NCBI GenBank assembly: GCA_049670545.1
Contig: JBATTM010000416.1
Span: 1,264-65,263 of the forward strand
Direction of reading: 5' to 3'
Source of the DNA: Polyangiales bacterium
GTDB lineage: Bacteria > Myxococcota_A > Polyangia > Polyangiales > Houyiibacteriaceae
Length of the DNA stretch: 64,000 nucleotides
Below are positions 55,158 through 64,000 of this stretch, in pieces. The stretch's first letter is position 1; each line of letters starts with the position of its first letter. Made by a program: the position numbers and the translations under genes. The notes beneath the pieces are model-generated. The model was not told where the DNA came from and searched no databases. It was given only the letters and a program-made list of their open reading frames with translations.

Positions 55158-55531
55158 GAGGGTTACTCCATTGCTCTCAGAAAAGACGTTGCCAGGTTAT
55201 CCACGCACTAGTTCTTCTAATTTAAAGATCTCTTCGTCGTCTTAACGGCTGTGAATTGTGAATCAAGTTGGGCAAGCGGTTGGAAAGACTGTGGTTTTAG
55301 AGAATTTTCAGGACTTGATGGGCAGGGTACCGACTGGGGACTACGAGATCCCCGCGCTGTCCACAGGGTTACTCCCCACCTTGATCGCAGTTCGTGCACA
55401 GGGGCGGGTATACACCAAAAGGCGCCCAAAAGCCCGGTCCTCCGAGGTGTGATTGGGCGTCACGAAAGCAGGCGAAACCCAGCCGCGGGCGGGCGGGTTC
55501 GAGGGGTGGGAGAGGCGCCATGCGGAAGGGC
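55158..55531. other. Candidate oriC (dnaA-dnaN intergenic region)
   Basis: 374-bp non-coding gap. It holds the DnaA-box-like TTATCCACG (55197-55205) directly next to an AT-rich stretch (55209-55245, tagttcttctaatttaaagatctcttcgtcgtcttaa), plus degenerate boxes TGTGAATCA (55257-55265), TGTGGTTTT (55290-55298) and CTGTCCACA (55357-55365). Confidence 0.45.
55197..55205 (+). promoter_or_regulatory. DnaA box (TTATCCACG, 8/9 to TTATCCACA)
   Basis: Read directly. It is embedded in the 13-mer GTTATCCACGCAC, which recurs identically at 57308-57320. Confidence 0.55.
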
Positions 55532-56893
55532 TCAAAGGCCGAGCTTGCGCTCGATGGCACCCACCGCACTCAGCACTTGCTCGTCCTGAGCCTCGACGAG
55601 GCCGCCGATTTTTCGGACCGCGCTGATCACCGTCGTGTGATCCTTGCCGCCGAAGCGCTCTCCGAGCTCAGGGTAGCTGGTGCCTAGGCGTTGGCGGCAC
55701 ACGTACATGGCCACCATCCTCGGGAAGCTGACCGCTCGATGCCGTCTGCGCGACTTCAAATCCACGAGGCGAATGCCGAAGTACCCGCATGCGATGCGCT
55801 GAATGTCTTCCACGCTGGTCGCCGTGTCGTGATTCGGGATCACGGCACGCATCGCCTCTTTGGCAAGCTCGAGCCCAATGGGCTGCCCGAGAAGCTCCGC
55901 CTTGACCGCGATACGCAAGAGGGTCCCCTCGAGCTCGCGGATGTTGCTACGAACCGTTTGGGCGATGAAGAGCGCGACTTCGCTGTGCAGGACGATGCTC
56001 TCGCTTTCCGCCTTCTGCTGGAGAATCGCGATTCGCGTGTCGAGCTCCGGCGCCTGCACGTCCGCAACCATCCCTGACTGGAACCGGCTGACGAGTCGTT
56101 CCTGCATCTCCGAGATCTGCTGAGGATAGACGTCCGAGGTGACGACGATCTGCCTGTCGGAGTGGTAGAGCGCGTTGAACGTGTGAAAGAACTCTTCTTG
56201 GGTCTGCTCGCGGCCCGCCAGAAACTGGATGTCGTCCATCAGAAGCACGTCGCAATGCGAGCGGTATCGATCACGAAACGCGCTGATTTCGTGATTCTGA
56301 AGGGACCAGATGAACTCGTTGGTGAAGCGCTCGGCAGACACATACAGGATTCGTGCGCGCGGGTTTCGTTGAAGGACGGTGTGACCGATCGCGTTGACCA
56401 GGTGGGTCTTGCCGAGCCCAACCCCTCCGTAGATGAACAGTGGGTTGTAGCGGCGGCCCGGGTCGGAGCCCACAGCAACGCTCGCGGCGTGGGCGAGCTG
56501 ATTGGCCGGGCCGACCACGAAGTTCTTGAAACGGTATTTGGGATTGAGGTCGGCTGAGATCGAGGGAGCCCGAGTTTCCGCACGCCGTGGGGGTGGGCTC
56601 GAGACCTCTCGTGCAGCCTGTGCCTTCTCGCGAAGCGTCTCGTCCAACTCCCAACGGACACGTTTCGGAACCGTGCTGCCGTTGGCTTCTTGGTCGAGCG
56701 TATCGAAAATCAGGTCGAGGTAGTGTGTGGAGATCCAGTCCGCGAAGAACTGGTTCGGGATGCGAAGGACGATCGAGTCAGTCTCGACGCCGCCGAACTG
56801 CACGGGACGTATCCAGGTTTCGAAGTTCTCGGGAGAGAGATGTGTTTGGAGGCTGCCCAGTGCCCGTTCCCACAGTTGTTCCATCGTCTCCAT
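55532..56893 (-). CDS. dnaA: Chromosomal replication initiator protein DnaA
   Basis: N-terminus (METMEQLWERALGSLQ), AAA+ core (NPLFIYGGVGLGKTHL, LLMDDIQFL), and C-terminal DNA-binding domain (FGGKDHTTVISAVRKI). Start ambiguous: GTG 56941, ATG 56893, ATG 56884. Confidence 0.93.
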   Translation of the reverse strand: METMEQLWERALGSLQTHLSPENFETWIRPVQFGGVETDSIVLRIPNQFFADWISTHYLDLIFDTLDQEANGSTVPKRVRWELDETLREKAQAAREVSSPPPRRAETRAPSISADLNPKYRFKNFVVGPANQLAHAASVAVGSDPGRRYNPLFIYGGVGLGKTHLVNAIGHTVLQRNPRARILYVSAERFTNEFIWSLQNHEISAFRDRYRSHCDVLLMDDIQFLAGREQTQEEFFHTFNALYHSDRQIVVTSDVYPQQISEMQERLVSRFQSGMVADVQAPELDTRIAILQQKAESESIVLHSEVALFIAQTVRSNIRELEGTLLRIAVKAELLGQPIGLELAKEAMRAVIPNHDTATSVEDIQRIACGYFGIRLVDLKSRRRHRAVSFPRMVAMYVCRQRLGTSYPELGERFGGKDHTTVISAVRKIGGLVEAQDEQVLSAVGAIERKLGL

Positions 56894-57297
56894 ACCCCAG
56901 AAAAACGCGCACTTCAGCGTCGTCGTCCCCAAAACGTCCACAGCGTTTTGGGTCGAATTCTTGTTTCACCATCCGCAGACCCGGCGACTTCGTCTGGTGC
57001 TCTCTCCCAGTGAAGGGCGCCGAAGCTAGCAGTCCGTTTCACGAGCGTCTACGGGGATCGAACGACAAACTTCTAAACACTTGGGATCGCGTAAGATTCA
57101 AACGCAGATTTTTTGACACTCGAACCGTGTGCGTCACGCGCTGTTTCATGCCTGTTGACAAGGTGTTGCAATCACTCTGAATTAAGCGGTGTTATCGTTT
57201 GCGCAACATCGATTCGAGCAGCCATTGCGATTTCTTCCACAGGCTGTTGACTGTTTTGCGTTTCGCGAATGCCCGCGATCTGTACGCGTGACTGACT

Positions 57298-57317
57298 TCA
57301 TCCACAAGTTATCCACG
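57298..57317 (+). promoter_or_regulatory. Pair of DnaA boxes upstream of dnaA (TCATCCACA and TTATCCACG)
   Basis: TCATCCACA at 57298-57306 and TTATCCACG at 57309-57317, each 8/9, in the same orientation. A third, weaker box TCTTCCACA lies at 57233-57241. Confidence 0.5.
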
Positions 57318-57323
57318 CACAGT

Positions 57324-58316
57324 TCACCGAACTGCGGAGCCCTGACAGACCCACTCACTCACACGACCCCACTGCCCGAATAGCCAGCGCAGTGCGTCGT
57401 CCTTGTCTCGTGGCACCTGATCGGACGACACGCGCCACACGCGGATCTGCACACGCGATCCAACCACGCTGCCGCTCAACAGGTCTCGAACCGTAGCGAA
57501 GTGCTCGAGGCCGGTGTGTGCGACGAACACGCAATCGACGTCGGGCAGTTCCTCGAGAAGCGTGAGCACGCCACCAGGTTTTGGCGGAAGGACCCCAACC
57601 AGAGTCTCGGCCTGGGCCGCAAACGCCGGCATCTCGCGTGCGACGCGAGCAAGCGCACGCTCCCTCTTTTTCGGCGAAAAGCGAGTACCTTCAGGATAAA
57701 TCAGCACTCCATCCGTGCCCAGATCGGTCACGAGATCACGGATGCCTTGGAGCTCTACCGCGGTGTTGCCGGTGCGATCGACGAAGTAGTTCGGCAGGAT
57801 GTGACCCACCACGTCGAGGCATGGATCGACCAGAAGCTCTTGCTTCAGGATGTACCGCACCTGCCATTGCGTCGCCCGTTGGAGGTACACGCAAGGCAAC
57901 AAAGTATCGAGGATGCTCGCATGCCGGATCAGAAGAATCGCAGGGCCACGCGTTGCGACCTCTGCGCCCTCGACCGACACCTCCAGCCGAAGCATGCGAC
58001 ACGCGACTGTGAGAACCGTCGTCGCCCACCAGGTTTGGAGCGAGACGATTCTTGGAAAACAACGCGTTTCGTCGTACCGGAGGCGCGTCCAGTGAAACGC
58101 AACACGCAGAAGCGCGAACATCTCGAATCCGAAATAGAACCAGCCAAACGCAAGCAAGCGAAGCACGATGAAGGAACGTTGGCGGAACAAGCCGAGGATC
58201 CACGCCAAGGGGACCCAGGCGGGTGCGAGCGCCGTGAGGACGACCCAACTGGTCGCGTAGAGCGAGATCGTGGCCGCACGTCGCCGGGCCGCGCCCTCTT
58301 TCCTCGGTTTCACCAT
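57324..58316 (-). CDS. Lysophospholipid / 1-acyl-sn-glycerol-3-phosphate acyltransferase family protein
   Basis: N-terminal TM helices, H(X)4D motif in LLIRHASILDTLL, and YPEGTRFSP block. Start MVKPRKEG (ATG 58316) overlaps the upstream SDR stop by 7 nt. The longer track ORF is an over-extension. Confidence 0.7.
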   Translation of the reverse strand: MVKPRKEGAARRRAATISLYATSWVVLTALAPAWVPLAWILGLFRQRSFIVLRLLAFGWFYFGFEMFALLRVAFHWTRLRYDETRCFPRIVSLQTWWATTVLTVACRMLRLEVSVEGAEVATRGPAILLIRHASILDTLLPCVYLQRATQWQVRYILKQELLVDPCLDVVGHILPNYFVDRTGNTAVELQGIRDLVTDLGTDGVLIYPEGTRFSPKKRERALARVAREMPAFAAQAETLVGVLPPKPGGVLTLLEELPDVDCVFVAHTGLEHFATVRDLLSGSVVGSRVQIRVWRVSSDQVPRDKDDALRWLFGQWGRVSEWVCQGSAVR

Positions 58317-59257
58317 CCCGTCGTATCTTGTGCATCCGCTGCCGCTGGCGCCAGCGACTCGAGGGTATCCTCGAGCGAGTCCCGATCTTGAGGTGTGGCC
58401 TGGGTGCGCCGGCTTCTGTGGGTGGGGCGCGGGCGCCGGTCGTGCCAAAAAAGACCAGTAGTTTCAGCGGCTTCCGGAGACGTGCACAACCACACGATCG
58501 TGTCCGCACCCTCCGCGGGAGTTCGCAGGAGTGGCTTCATCAGCGTGTGAAACCTCGGGAGCGAATCCGCCACGCCCTGGGTGTCGGCCCAGCCCGGGTG
58601 CATCGCGTGGACCGTCACGCCGCTCCCGCGGAGTTGGTCCGCCCATTGCTCGGTCAGAATCACCTGCGCCCGTTTGGTGTGCGCGTAGGCGGCGGTGCCG
58701 TCGTACGTGCCCTTCGACATTTGGAGATCGTCGAGACGAAGCCGCTGCGTGTACATCCCCCCTGAGGAAACGTTGACGATTCTGGCGGGCGCGCTGGCGC
58801 GAAGCCTCGGCATCAACGCACGGGTCAAGACGAAGTGGCCGAGCAGGTTCGTCGCGAAGGTCGCCTCCAACCCTTCCGAGGTCACCTGCCGCTCTCGGAG
58901 CATCACTCCCGCGTTGTTGACCAAGAGGTGAAGCGGGCCTCGGAAGCGAGAGGCCAAGGCCCGCACCTCGTTCATGATACTGAGGTCGGCGATCTCCACG
59001 GCAATCGCCTCGTTGCCGGTCCTCCGGAACATCTCCGTGCGAACACGCGAAGTCTTTTCGGGATCGCGCCCCACGATCGTCACCGACGCCCCAAGCGAGG
59101 CCAACGCGGTTGCGGTGGCCTTTCCAAGCCCCGACGTCGCGCCCGTGACCAACGCTGACTTCCCCGTCAGGTCAACCGAGACCGGCGGATGCGGCCGCCA
59201 CCGATACCCGAGGGCTGTGTATCCCACGAGCGACTTGTCGAGAAGTGCGTCCCACAT
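58310..59257 (-). CDS. Short-chain dehydrogenase/reductase (SDR)
   Basis: Start MWDALLDK has GGAG 8 nt upstream. TGATSGLGKATA (TGxxxGxG), NNAG, and catalytic YAHTK. Confidence 0.85.
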   Translation of the reverse strand: MWDALLDKSLVGYTALGYRWRPHPPVSVDLTGKSALVTGATSGLGKATATALASLGASVTIVGRDPEKTSRVRTEMFRRTGNEAIAVEIADLSIMNEVRALASRFRGPLHLLVNNAGVMLRERQVTSEGLEATFATNLLGHFVLTRALMPRLRASAPARIVNVSSGGMYTQRLRLDDLQMSKGTYDGTAAYAHTKRAQVILTEQWADQLRGSGVTVHAMHPGWADTQGVADSLPRFHTLMKPLLRTPAEGADTIVWLCTSPEAAETTGLFWHDRRPRPTHRSRRTQATPQDRDSLEDTLESLAPAAADAQDTTGW

Positions 59258-59403
59258 CCGGACGCTCCTAGCGCGAGGATCCCGCGGCGCAAACCTGGGA
59301 AGGATGAAGGGTCGCGGTTCGTTGTTCCCGGTGGAGAGTTGCGCAGGGGCCGACAATTTGGAGCCAAGATCCAACGCTGCTAGCTTCGCGCGGGGCACCG
59401 ACC

Positions 59404-60345
59404 ATGTGGGAAATACGAGGTTTTTTGGCGATCTTGCTCGCCGCTGGGGCGTGTGTACTCACGACGCCGCGGCTCGGGTTCGCCCAAACCGCGGCGCCCC
59501 CAGGGGTCTCTCAGGAAGCCCCGCGCTCCGTCACGCCCGAGGACACCCTCGAGACGGCGTACACCTTGGGCATGGGGACCGGTTCACGGGCCGGGGCGAT
59601 GGGAACGTCGGCACTCGCCTATAACGCGTCCAACATGGGGGCGCAGCGCGGCTACGACATCGAAGCGTTTTCGCAGCTGATCCCGGGCGACGGCGACACC
59701 TATTGGACGATCGGAACCTCGATCGTCGATTCGGCGACCAGCCAGCGCATCTCGCTCGGCACCAGCTTCCGTGCGACGTTTGCCGGCACCGATCGCGAAT
59801 ACGATGGCCTCGATTGGCGCACGGCGATCGGGATCAAAGCGATCGAACAGCTCTCGCTCGGTTTCGCGGTCCGGTGGGGTCGGTTCGACAGCAAGACGTT
59901 CGACGGCGAGCGAATCGGGCCTTCGTTCAACGGCATCACCGTGGACGCATCTCTCACCATCACGCCGCTCCCTTTCATCAAGATCGCCGGCCTCGGCTAC
60001 AACCTCGTCAAGACCGACTCCCCACTCGCGCCGCAGATGGCGGGCGGAAGCGTGTCGATCGTGCCCATCGAGTCTTTCACCGCCGGCTTCGACCTCCTGG
60101 CCGACCTCTCGACATTCGAGAAGACGGAACTGCTGCTCGGCGGTGGCGCGCAATTCGTCGCCGGGGAGAAAGTGCCTCTCCGCATCGGCTACCGGCGCGA
60201 CAACGGGCGTGATCTGAATCAGATCACGGCGGGCGCCGGCTTCTCCCAAGGCAAGTTCGGCATCGAGGCATCCATTCGGCAGACGCTCGGCTCTCAGAAA
60301 GAGACGTACATCATTCTGGTGTCCCGGTTCGTCGTCGAGCAGTAG
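59404..60345 (+). CDS. Putative outer-membrane beta-barrel protein (hypothetical)
   Basis: Signal MWEIRGFLAILLAAGACVLTTPRLGFAQTA. Alternating hydrophobic strand patterns run throughout. No family recognised. Confidence 0.45.
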   Translation: MWEIRGFLAILLAAGACVLTTPRLGFAQTAAPPGVSQEAPRSVTPEDTLETAYTLGMGTGSRAGAMGTSALAYNASNMGAQRGYDIEAFSQLIPGDGDTYWTIGTSIVDSATSQRISLGTSFRATFAGTDREYDGLDWRTAIGIKAIEQLSLGFAVRWGRFDSKTFDGERIGPSFNGITVDASLTITPLPFIKIAGLGYNLVKTDSPLAPQMAGGSVSIVPIESFTAGFDLLADLSTFEKTELLLGGGAQFVAGEKVPLRIGYRRDNGRDLNQITAGAGFSQGKFGIEASIRQTLGSQKETYIILVSRFVVEQ

Positions 60346-60349
60346 GCCG

Positions 60350-61141
60350 CTACTTCCCGCGGGTGAGGCCGAAGTGCACCAGGCCGGGCATGTGGCGCCC
60401 GACGAACGCGCCCACTTTGCCGTGACCGGTGAAGGTGTACTCGCGTTTGCGGGCGGCGATCGCGTCGAGCATCACGGTTGCAGCGCGCTCCGATGTCCAC
60501 ATGAGCTTCTTCGGCCGTGTGTCTTCACGGCTTGCGTCGAATCGTCCCTGATTGTCCACCTGGCCGATCTCGCTTTCGATGTAGCCGGGATGCAGGGTCG
60601 TGCAGCTGACGCCGGTCCCGTGCAGTTCGACGGCCAGTGTTTGCCCGATCGAGCGCACTGCGTACTTCGAGGCGGAGTAGGCGCCGACGCCCGGGGTGGC
60701 GATCATGCTGGCGACGCTCGCGACCAGCACCAAGCGCCCCTCGCTCTCTTTGAGAAGCGGAATCGCGTAGCGTGCAGTCATCGCCAGCCCGATCACGTTG
60801 ACGTCGAGTTGGCGTCGCCAGTCGTCCGCCGACAGCTTCTCGATTCGTCCGGCGACGGAAAAGCCGGCGTTGGCAACCGCGACGTCCATTCGACCGAGCT
60901 CGGTCACGACGCGTCCGGCAGCCGCCTCGACCGAGCGTTCGTCGGCGACATCACATTGGATGGCGCGGGCTGTACCACCGGAGCCCTCGATCTCATCGGC
61001 GACCAGTTGGAGACGCTCTTGTCGTCGCCCCGAGACTGCGACCTTGGCTCCTGATTCTGCGAAAGCGAGGGCGAGCGAGCGTCCGATTCCGCTGCCCCCA
61101 CCCGTGATCCAGACCACTTGGTCCCTAAACTGCGTGCCCAT
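60350..61141 (-). CDS. Short-chain dehydrogenase/reductase (SDR)
   Basis: VVWITGGGSGIGRSLA, NAGF, catalytic YSASKYAV. Confidence 0.88.
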   Translation of the reverse strand: MGTQFRDQVVWITGGGSGIGRSLALAFAESGAKVAVSGRRQERLQLVADEIEGSGGTARAIQCDVADERSVEAAAGRVVTELGRMDVAVANAGFSVAGRIEKLSADDWRRQLDVNVIGLAMTARYAIPLLKESEGRLVLVASVASMIATPGVGAYSASKYAVRSIGQTLAVELHGTGVSCTTLHPGYIESEIGQVDNQGRFDASREDTRPKKLMWTSERAATVMLDAIAARKREYTFTGHGKVGAFVGRHMPGLVHFGLTRGK

Positions 61142-61150
61142 CTCCTGCGC

Positions 61151-62014
61151 CTAGCATCTCTCGGGTCCGCTGCCAGGGCGCAGCTCCGCGTACGCATGGC
61201 TCAGCGCGACTTCGTCCGGCCGTCCCTCGGTCGTCACCCGCACCACGACTCGGGCATCCTCTTTCCATCCCTCGATCACGAGGGAGTCCCCGGGGAACAC
61301 CGGTGCGCTGAACTGTCCTTGGAGCGCTGCAAGCCGAGCGGGGTCCCCGTCGCAACCCTCGGCGAGCACGGCCCGCCCCGCGTATCCGAACGTGCAGAGC
61401 CCATGAAGAATCGGCTGATCGAACCCAGCCTCGGAGGCGAACGCCGGGTCCGCGTGCAACGGATTGTAGTCTCCGTTCAGCCGGTAGAGCAGCGCTTGGG
61501 TCGCCGGGATGGTCTCGCACACCTCGAAATCGGCGGGGCGGCTTGGGACCGTCACGCGCTCCATGCGTGGCGGCCGAGGTCCGCCGAATCCCCCGTCGTT
61601 GCGCAACAGCAGGGTGACGCCGCCCCGCACGACGACCTCGTCACGTTCGTTCCGGGCTTCGATATCGAACACGGACATCGCAAAGCGTTTGAGGTCGTAC
61701 AACCCCGAAACCCGCCCGGTCACTCGGAGGATGGCGTCGGGCGGAAGCGCCCGAGCGAGTTCGAGGCGTTGGCTGTGATGCACCATGCCGACGCGATCGC
61801 AACCGATTCGGTCGACCAACGCATCGAAGGCCGCGAATGTCGGGATCGTCGCGAACGTGGGAAGCACCCGAGGACCCTGCCCTTCGTACAGGAAGTCGAG
61901 ATCGTTCGGTGCGGTCGCGCCAACACCGAGGGCGTAGATCACCGCATCTCGCCAGCCGTAGCGGAACTCGATCGGCGGCGTCTCGAAGCCGAGAGCTTGG
62001 GGGTCGATGGCCAT
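61151..62014 (-). CDS. Double hot-dog MaoC-like (R)-specific enoyl-CoA hydratase (hydratase-2 type)
   Basis: N-terminal MaoC_dehydrat_N-like half and C-terminal half with YRLNGDYNPLHADPAFASEAGFDQPILHGLCTFG. Confidence 0.8.
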   Translation of the reverse strand: MAIDPQALGFETPPIEFRYGWRDAVIYALGVGATAPNDLDFLYEGQGPRVLPTFATIPTFAAFDALVDRIGCDRVGMVHHSQRLELARALPPDAILRVTGRVSGLYDLKRFAMSVFDIEARNERDEVVVRGGVTLLLRNDGGFGGPRPPRMERVTVPSRPADFEVCETIPATQALLYRLNGDYNPLHADPAFASEAGFDQPILHGLCTFGYAGRAVLAEGCDGDPARLAALQGQFSAPVFPGDSLVIEGWKEDARVVVRVTTEGRPDEVALSHAYAELRPGSGPERC

Positions 62015-62178
62015 CTCGTTGCGCCCGAGTAGAGCGCCACATCAGGCGACTCGCAATCCGCCAGGGCGCCGACCTCGGCTGCGAGGATCCAGTCCGGCGT
62101 AGCTTCGGCCGAAACATCGGATTTCTTGGACTCATGTTGCCTTGTTAAGGGTACTGGGGCTCGGTAGAGTGCACCTCC

Positions 62179-63519
<1,341 letters not shown>

Positions 63520-63555
63520 GCGGCTTCTTGCGATCGGGTGGATGTGGCGCGCGTG

Positions 63556-63783
63556 TTAGTACGTGCGTTCGGCCAGCTGGCGGATCCGCTTGCGGCGACG
63601 ACGAGCAGCCTCGGCTGCTTTCTTCCGCTTCTTGATCGAAGGCTTCATGTAGTGACGGCGCCGCTTGAGCTCGCGAAGGATGCCCTCGGTCGCCATCTTG
63701 CGCTTGAGGTGCTTGACCGCACGCTCGAGTCCACGTTCACCCACGTGAACTTCGATCGGTTTAACTTGGACGGTCTCAACCAT
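63556..63783 (-). CDS. rpsU: 30S ribosomal protein S21
   Basis: MVETVQVKPIEVHVGERGLERAVKHLKRKMATEGILRELKRRRHYMKPSIKKRKKAAEAARRRRKR, with AAGGAG 8 nt upstream of the ATG. The longer track ORF is an over-extension. Confidence 0.9.
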   Translation of the reverse strand: MVETVQVKPIEVHVGERGLERAVKHLKRKMATEGILRELKRRRHYMKPSIKKRKKAAEAARRRRKRIRQLAERTY

Positions 63784-63894
63784 GGACGCTTTGACTCCTT
63801 CTAAGAGCGCGGGAGGCTTACATAGTGCACCGAAGGGCGCAAGGAGGCCCACAATGCGGCTGGACTTGCTCTGCAAATCGCTAAATTTGCAGGG

Positions 63895-64000
63895 CTATTC
63901 CACGGAACGCTGCACCTCCTGGGAGGCTTCGCGGACCCCCTTCTCGAAGGTGAGCGCGCCCTCGGAAGCCTTGACGACCACCGAATCGCCCGCGGAGAAC
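63895..64000 (-). CDS. 3-prime end of an unidentified gene running off the window
   Basis: The minus-strand frame reads ...FSAGDSVVVKASEGALTFEKGVREASQEVQRSVE then TAG (63895-63897). It is only 34 codons, so no function is assigned. Confidence 0.3.
   Translation of the reverse strand, partial: FSAGDSVVVKASEGALTFEKGVREASQEVQRSVE

Noticed and set aside
57153-57182. TTGACA-N17-TGAATT promoter-like element on the plus strand upstream of dnaA
   Set aside because: It points away from dnaA toward the 3-prime end of a minus-strand gene. The -10 matches only 3 of 6, so it is likely chance.

Overview
High-GC bacterial chromosome segment. Gene content (DUF4388, DUF1592/DUF1552 pair, TPR-like secreted proteins, a Myxococcus-type LexA-box candidate) suggests a myxobacterium-like Deltaproteobacterium (Myxococcota), but that is inference only. 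The window spans the replication-origin neighbourhood, with dnaA-dnaN-recF on the minus strand at 52.9-56.9 kb. I count about 57 densely packed protein genes, many translationally coupled by ATGA start/stop overlaps, and one tRNA-Ala(CGC). I saw no rRNA, CRISPR array, transposase, integrase or prophage. Main blocks, left to right: PP2C phosphatase and Slt lytic transglycosylase; an orphan Dpp/Opp-type ABC permease pair; an Fpg/Nei glycosylase; a transporter-like/HEAT-repeat fusion with a degenerate cNMP-domain partner. Then the SOS mutagenesis cassette imuA-imuB-dnaE2, behind an AT-rich promoter with a candidate LexA operator. Then sdhCAB; a DUF1592/DUF1552 pair; and a tight operon of a FAM20-like secreted kinase homolog with aguA, aguB and thiE. 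Then a catalytically degenerate Fic-fold protein and a five-gene coupled envelope operon (DUF4388, Omp85, DUF4390-like, NtrY-like kinase, TlpA). Housekeeping genes follow: gdh, SPFH protein, cdsA-uppS, cbpA-like, bioF-bioD, serC, uvrB. Then a DUF2271-like/DUF4266/DUF3570 triad, an RluA-family synthase, dnaJ, a cyclophilin, the origin genes, lipid and SDR genes, a predicted PPi-dependent phosphofructokinase and rpsU. I found no convincing new multi-gene system such as a defense island. The most unusual items are: an in-frame (GRCACY)n hexanucleotide microsatellite inside dnaE2, the bacterial FAM20-like kinase, the trans-envelope coupled operon, two abutting CACGTG-centred palindromes upstream of bioF, and two DnaA-box regions sharing an identical 13-mer. 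Starts in this GC-rich DNA are often uncertain, and many long alternative-frame or antisense ORFs in the track are rejected. All family calls rest on motifs read by eye, with no database search.
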